Positions 16,587 through 20,000 of a DNA stretch of 20,000 nucleotides are shown piece by piece. A program made the position numbers and the translations under genes. The notes under the pieces are model-generated. The model ran no database searches, was not told where the DNA came from, and saw nothing but the letters and a program-made list of their open reading frames with translations. This DNA is from an uncultured virus (IMG/VR IMGVR_UViG_2811995091_000109). Its lineage: Duplodnaviria > Heunggongvirae > Uroviricota > Caudoviricetes. Every line of letters starts with the position of its first letter. Position 1 is the stretch's first letter. The DNA lies in IMG/VR virus record IMGVR_UViG_2811995091_000109, positions 56,076 to 76,075 of that record; one strand, written 5' to 3'.

Positions 16587-16624
16587 ATTCGATGGAAGAA
16601 CTGATTTAATTATTTTTTAATAGA

Positions 16625-18877
16625 TTAAAAACCCTTCTTTCTAAGATTTTGCAACCTTCTGCTTCTTAGCCTCCGTCCAGCAGCGGCTAAAACATGGTCA
16701 TGTGCAGCGGCTGGCGCTGGTGGTGGATCATATTTGTCAAACGAAGTATCTTGCCTAGCTTCCTGCATATCCTCTCGCCTATTCTCCCTGTACCAATCGG
16801 CATTAAAGATCCCGCCTCTAGTAGCGCCCTTCTGATTTACAAGAACTTTCTTAAGAGCCTTCTGATAGGGTTCCGTTCCACCTTCTTGTTTTACAAGCTT
16901 TAGAACACTCTTTCTTTCTGCATCAGTTAAGTATCCAGGCCCGCCGCCTGATGGAAGAGGCCATGTATCTCTGGAGCTTATAAGGACCAGTGTATACTTT
17001 TGTTCACCGGGCTTATCTGGTGTAAACCTTTTTCCATCAGCATCCGTAAAGGATCTAAAGAAAGTTTCTCCATCTCTCTTTCTAACATATAAACCTTCAT
17101 TGTCCAAAACCCAATAATCAGCTTCAACTATAGTTTCTTGACCTGGAGTAACTCCGCCACCATGCCCTCGTCTTGCGCCTGGACTTCCCCTTCTTCCTCC
17201 TCCAAGGGTTGTCTGAAAGAAAGGATCTCCCTTTGCATCTTCAACGTAAGCTTTCTCTACATACTCTCTAAAGTTATCTACCATCGTCTTTGGCGTACAA
17301 GAGCCGGGAGGCCTGCCGCATCTTTTTACCAATGCATCTCTTGCTTTAAGATCTCTTCTATCAGACTTCAGATATGCAATAAGATCTTCATCTGAAAGTG
17401 CTGTTGCATCTATTGGTGTTGCTGCACCCGGCGAAGCTGCCGCTCCTGCTGGAGCATTTGCTTGACCCTTTGGAGATGTCTTGTACTCCTCTCCCAAAGC
17501 AGACCAAGCGCTTCTTACATAGCTATTTCTCCATGACGAAGATGTGGCTCCTGACGGATCAAGCCTTCCCTGAGAGCCAGTAGCCGTTTTGCCCGCTGCC
17601 GTTCTATCAGCTACAATCTTAGCATTCGCCTTACTAAGTCTTGCAGGATCTGCGTTAACCCATGCTCTAAAATCATTTCCAGATCCTTGATCTGTTATAT
17701 AATCATCAGTAAGAGTTGCCATTGATGCTGCGGCTGCTCTTGAAGAACTGGGAGAACTGGGAGATCTGGGAGTAGAGGGTGAAGCGCCTCCTGCTTCTTT
17801 CTTCTTTAAGTCTGCAAGTAATGTCAAGTTATCGTCAGCCAGTCCCACTATTCTAGTCGTCCAGCTTACTCCGGTCTCAGATGATGCAGAACCCTTTCCT
17901 TCTTTAAAGGCATCAACAAAAGCATTTGATAAATCACCAGCTGAATAAGAATCAACACTTAGAGCCTTCCACTTTTCTTCTAAAGCAGAATATATAGCCG
18001 AAACTTGAGGAGCTAGAAGCCCACAAGGGACAGGGGGAGAAGCCGAAGTGCATGCCGTGACGCCTCCAGCCGCAGTATCTTCCAGTTTGGCTTTTGTCTT
18101 TGACAATTTACGAACGATATAAGTATCAAACAGTGCTTTTGCGCCATGTGTATCTGCGGCGTCTGCTCCGGCGGGTGTTCCGCTTCCTGACAGGCTTAAA
18201 GGCGCGCTAGTGATTACAGCAGATGCCGCCGTTACAGCAGCTTCCCAATCTGCTCTTTCGGGAGTTAAAGCCCCTGGAGCAAATCCTGATGCCAACTTTA
18301 TTATTGTTTTAGCCTGCTTTTTATACCCCGACTTGCTTAAGGCTTTTGCAAGTTTGGTTAACTCTCTCTGCTCCGTATTCATAATTGCTCCTACCTTTGG
18401 TATTCTTTTTCTTTTTAGTTTGCCGGTTTCCAAGAAACTAAAGAAGTCATTTGCTTCAGTTTTATATGAAATATTAATAGGTTTATTTTTTTTTGTCCTT
18501 GAAACATTATAAGGATGTTTATCCTCATCAGTGTCTATGACAGAAGGACCTCCGAAACCGGTTGTGTGAGATACTTCAAAATCTTGCTGTTCATAACTAG
18601 ACCTTGGTCTATAACCTTGAGCGCCGGGAGGACTGCCGCCGGGAATATCCGTTAATCCCAAGGCTTTCTTCTGGATCTTTTTAAGTTTCTTTTTTCTTGT
18701 CAAGGTTTTGCCCGGTGCCACTTCGTCGTCGGCATAATTATAATCCTCTGGAAAGGTGCTAACATAAGGTTGGTCAGAGGTTCTTATTACGTCTGGTGTT
18801 CTTTCTTTCAAAACAGGGCCAGATTCATAATAGCTAATAAAATCTAGGAGAGAAAGTTCTCCGTCCTCTCCTTTCAT
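16625..18877 (-). CDS. Large low-complexity hypothetical protein (~750 aa), possible virion protein
   Basis: Start reassigned to ATG 18877 (MKGEDG...), which has an AGGAGA SD and sits 1 nt after the upstream stop; the track start 18970 overlaps the upstream gene. Ala/Ser/Pro/Gly-rich linkers and an Arg-rich C-terminus. Virion role is inferred. Confidence 0.75.
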   Translation of the reverse strand: MKGEDGELSLLDFISYYESGPVLKERTPDVIRTSDQPYVSTFPEDYNYADDEVAPGKTLTRKKKLKKIQKKALGLTDIPGGSPPGAQGYRPRSSYEQQDFEVSHTTGFGGPSVIDTDEDKHPYNVSRTKKNKPINISYKTEANDFFSFLETGKLKRKRIPKVGAIMNTEQRELTKLAKALSKSGYKKQAKTIIKLASGFAPGALTPERADWEAAVTAASAVITSAPLSLSGSGTPAGADAADTHGAKALFDTYIVRKLSKTKAKLEDTAAGGVTACTSASPPVPCGLLAPQVSAIYSALEEKWKALSVDSYSAGDLSNAFVDAFKEGKGSASSETGVSWTTRIVGLADDNLTLLADLKKKEAGGASPSTPRSPSSPSSSRAAAASMATLTDDYITDQGSGNDFRAWVNADPARLSKANAKIVADRTAAGKTATGSQGRLDPSGATSSSWRNSYVRSAWSALGEEYKTSPKGQANAPAGAAASPGAATPIDATALSDEDLIAYLKSDRRDLKARDALVKRCGRPPGSCTPKTMVDNFREYVEKAYVEDAKGDPFFQTTLGGGRRGSPGARRGHGGGVTPGQETIVEADYWVLDNEGLYVRKRDGETFFRSFTDADGKRFTPDKPGEQKYTLVLISSRDTWPLPSGGGPGYLTDAERKSVLKLVKQEGGTEPYQKALKKVLVNQKGATRGGIFNADWYRENRREDMQEARQDTSFDKYDPPPAPAAAHDHVLAAAGRRLRSRRLQNLRKKGF
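18380..18392 (-). promoter_or_regulatory. Internal in-frame SD plus ATG (AGGAG-N5-ATG) that would give a 585-aa product, 16625..18382
   Basis: Minus strand GTAGGAGCAATTATGAATACG. The resulting N-terminus MNTEQRELTKLAKAL resembles the N-terminus of the neighbouring gene (MNSKQAQELVKLANDL). Confidence 0.55.
18470..18480 (-). promoter_or_regulatory. Second copy of CTATTAATATT, ~90 nt upstream of the internal start
   Basis: Exact 11-nt match to intergenic 4054-4064 in the same orientation. Confidence 0.3.
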
Positions 18878-18890
18878 CTTATCTCCTGAC
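18873..18890 (-). repeat. 18-bp gene-junction repeat, copy 1 (GTCAGGAGATAAGATGAA)
   Basis: Identical to 19753-19770. Encodes V-R-R-stop of the upstream gene, the SD (AGGAGA) and the ATG of the next gene. Confidence 0.9.
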
Positions 18891-19757
18891 TGACGAAACG
18901 TCTCCATCGCTAAACAAGTCAGAAATACTGCTTGCTGTTTTCTTAATGTTGTTATACCTAGCGCCTTCACGAGTCATGTTTACTGCCTCTTCAGCCTCTT
19001 CTAATGCTCGTTCATTTTCCCTATTCTGACGACGCTGTTGACGACGCTGTTGTCCTGGGCGCAAAGTAGCAGCTTCATTACCCGGAGAAGCTTCGGCTGT
19101 TTCTGCGGTTCCCGCTCCAGATACCTGACTAATAAGATCTTGTCCAGCAGCAAAGTCTTCAACCCCAGGAACGTCTACCTGTGGAGGTCTAGATGGTGGT
19201 GTAGTAGCGGGTGTTGCGCCCTCTGCTCCAGGCAAAGGCTTGTTATTAGCTTGTGCAAATTCCTGAATTGTTGGCCACCAATTATCGTCTGCTCTTATGG
19301 CCGCTCTTTGTGGCTCAGCATGCCTCATGTATGTATCATAATAATGTTTTGGAACAGCCTTGTCTATCCCCTCTCCGCTAAGGCCTCCTTGTCCGACATA
19401 ACCCTCGCCTTTATAGTCTTGAATAAAATCCCACATTCCTTGCACATTAGGAGTGTAGCCATACTCTTTTGCCTTCCCCTGCCAATCTGTTCCTATATCT
19501 GGTCTGCCTATGTTTGTCGTCCAGTTTTCCCAAGCAGACTGCAAATCATTGCCCCATTTGTCAGATTCCACATTTAAATTATGCTCAATGCCTTTGCTGT
19601 CTAAATGTACTGCAAGAATACTTCTTAAAGCCTTAACAATGCCTGCCGTTCGAGCTTCTTTTAGTATATTATCAACTCGATCTGCTAGATCTTTGCGCTC
19701 AATTCTATCTAAATCATTGGCTAACTTAACTAATTCTTGAGCTTGTTTGCTGTTCAT
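18879..19757 (-). CDS. Hypothetical protein (~292 aa) with an N-terminal L-x-KLA-x-x-LD helical motif
   Basis: Start reassigned to ATG 19757 (MNSKQAQELVKLANDLDRIERKDLADRVDNILKEA) on the AGGAGA SD. Trp-rich middle domain, Pro/Ala/Thr linker, QQRRQQRR tract, ends VRR. Confidence 0.8.
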   Translation of the reverse strand: MNSKQAQELVKLANDLDRIERKDLADRVDNILKEARTAGIVKALRSILAVHLDSKGIEHNLNVESDKWGNDLQSAWENWTTNIGRPDIGTDWQGKAKEYGYTPNVQGMWDFIQDYKGEGYVGQGGLSGEGIDKAVPKHYYDTYMRHAEPQRAAIRADDNWWPTIQEFAQANNKPLPGAEGATPATTPPSRPPQVDVPGVEDFAAGQDLISQVSGAGTAETAEASPGNEAATLRPGQQRRQQRRQNRENERALEEAEEAVNMTREGARYNNIKKTASSISDLFSDGDVSSVRR

Positions 19758-19770
19758 CTTATCTCCTGAC
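19753..19770 (-). repeat. 18-bp gene-junction repeat, copy 2 (GTCAGGAGATAAGATGAA)
   Basis: Identical to 18873-18890. Confidence 0.9.
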
Positions 19771-20000
19771 GAAAGGGCTAACCCCAATGCTGAATTCTCT
19801 TCCTAATAAATCAGATACTTTCTTCATATTATCAAACTTTTCACTTGATTCTGCAAAAAGATCATCATGCGCTTCATTGCCCTGAGCAGAACCTCCGCGT
19901 AAATCAGACTCTATTTGCGACAATAGGAGTTGATAGGCCTGCTGTTGTTGCGCAGGTTCTTGCCACTTAGATTCAACAAATGACTGTAAAGCCTCCTGTG
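19759..20000 (-). CDS. Partial hypothetical protein (C-terminus only; starts beyond the right edge)
   Basis: Not in the ORF track. Hand translation is open from the edge to TAA at 19759-19761: ...QEALQSFVESKWQEPAQQQQAYQLLLSQIESDLRGGSAQGNEAHDDLFAESSEKFDNMKKVSDLLGREFSIGVSPFVRR*. Confidence 0.75.
   Translation of the reverse strand, partial: QEALQSFVESKWQEPAQQQQAYQLLLSQIESDLRGGSAQGNEAHDDLFAESSEKFDNMKKVSDLLGREFSIGVSPFVRR

Noticed and set aside
18878..18970. Longer track starts for 16625..18970 and 18879..19787
   Set aside because: They overlap upstream genes; SD-supported ATGs at 18877 and 19757 directly follow the upstream stops.
19027..19052. 12-bp tandem repeat (QQRRQQRR), and the 9-bp Ser-Pro-Ser repeats near 17744-17771
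   Set aside because: Short in-frame low-complexity coding repeats; not enough copies to suggest a contingency locus.
724..19740. All plus-strand ORFs in the track (e.g. 1663..2073, 10159..10626, 19038..19577) and short nested minus-strand ORFs (1078..1302, 2357..2554, 2681..2887, 9829..10032, 16096..16317)
   Set aside because: They lie antisense to or inside well-supported minus-strand genes, have no recognisable motifs, and read as shadow frames.
18873..19770. CRISPR array or integron attC sites suggested by the 18-bp repeat
   Set aside because: Only two copies, 880 bp apart, non-palindromic and fully explained as coding/SD/start sequence; no cas or integrase gene in view.
1..20000. Stop-codon reassignment as seen in some large phages
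   Set aside because: The standard code gives dense, full-length genes, and TAA (3717), TAG (4305, 7848, 13396) and TGA (657, 12476) all end genes right before the next gene or a terminator.

Overview
AT-rich, gene-dense 20 kb segment. Every credible gene lies on the minus strand, genes abut or overlap, and several have clear GGAG/AGGAG Shine-Dalgarno sites. It is most consistent with a large (jumbo/huge) dsDNA bacteriophage using the standard code. This is an inference from gene mix and organisation; no terminase or capsid gene is in view. In transcription order (right to left): (1) three low-complexity hypothetical proteins, possibly virion proteins, joined by an identical 18-bp SD-stop-start junction and sharing short motifs; (2) an OB-fold-like protein; (3) a nucleotide module with a short PurA (not PurZ), a DHH/DHHA1 phosphoesterase and a CBS-less IMPDH/GMP-reductase-family enzyme that looks more like a GMP reductase, interspersed with two helical hypotheticals and a signal-peptide HExxH protein; (4) a MoxR AAA+ ATPase plus metallopeptidase-vWA pair ending in a strong terminator; (5) M16 peptidase, ThyX, DUF1360-like protein, Hsp20, KhpA, an HNH-like protein and HU; (6) two tandem fibre/adhesin-like paralogues with a shared ~115-130 aa His-rich N-terminal domain and different bodies. 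The supplied ORF track misses two edge ORFs (1..643 and 19759..20000), which I translated by hand. Most interesting: the repeated junction and shared motifs at the right end, an in-frame internal start with an upstream promoter-like motif, the modular fibre pair, and a possible GMP->IMP->AMP purine-rebalancing route. All product calls rest on motif recognition by eye, not database searches.
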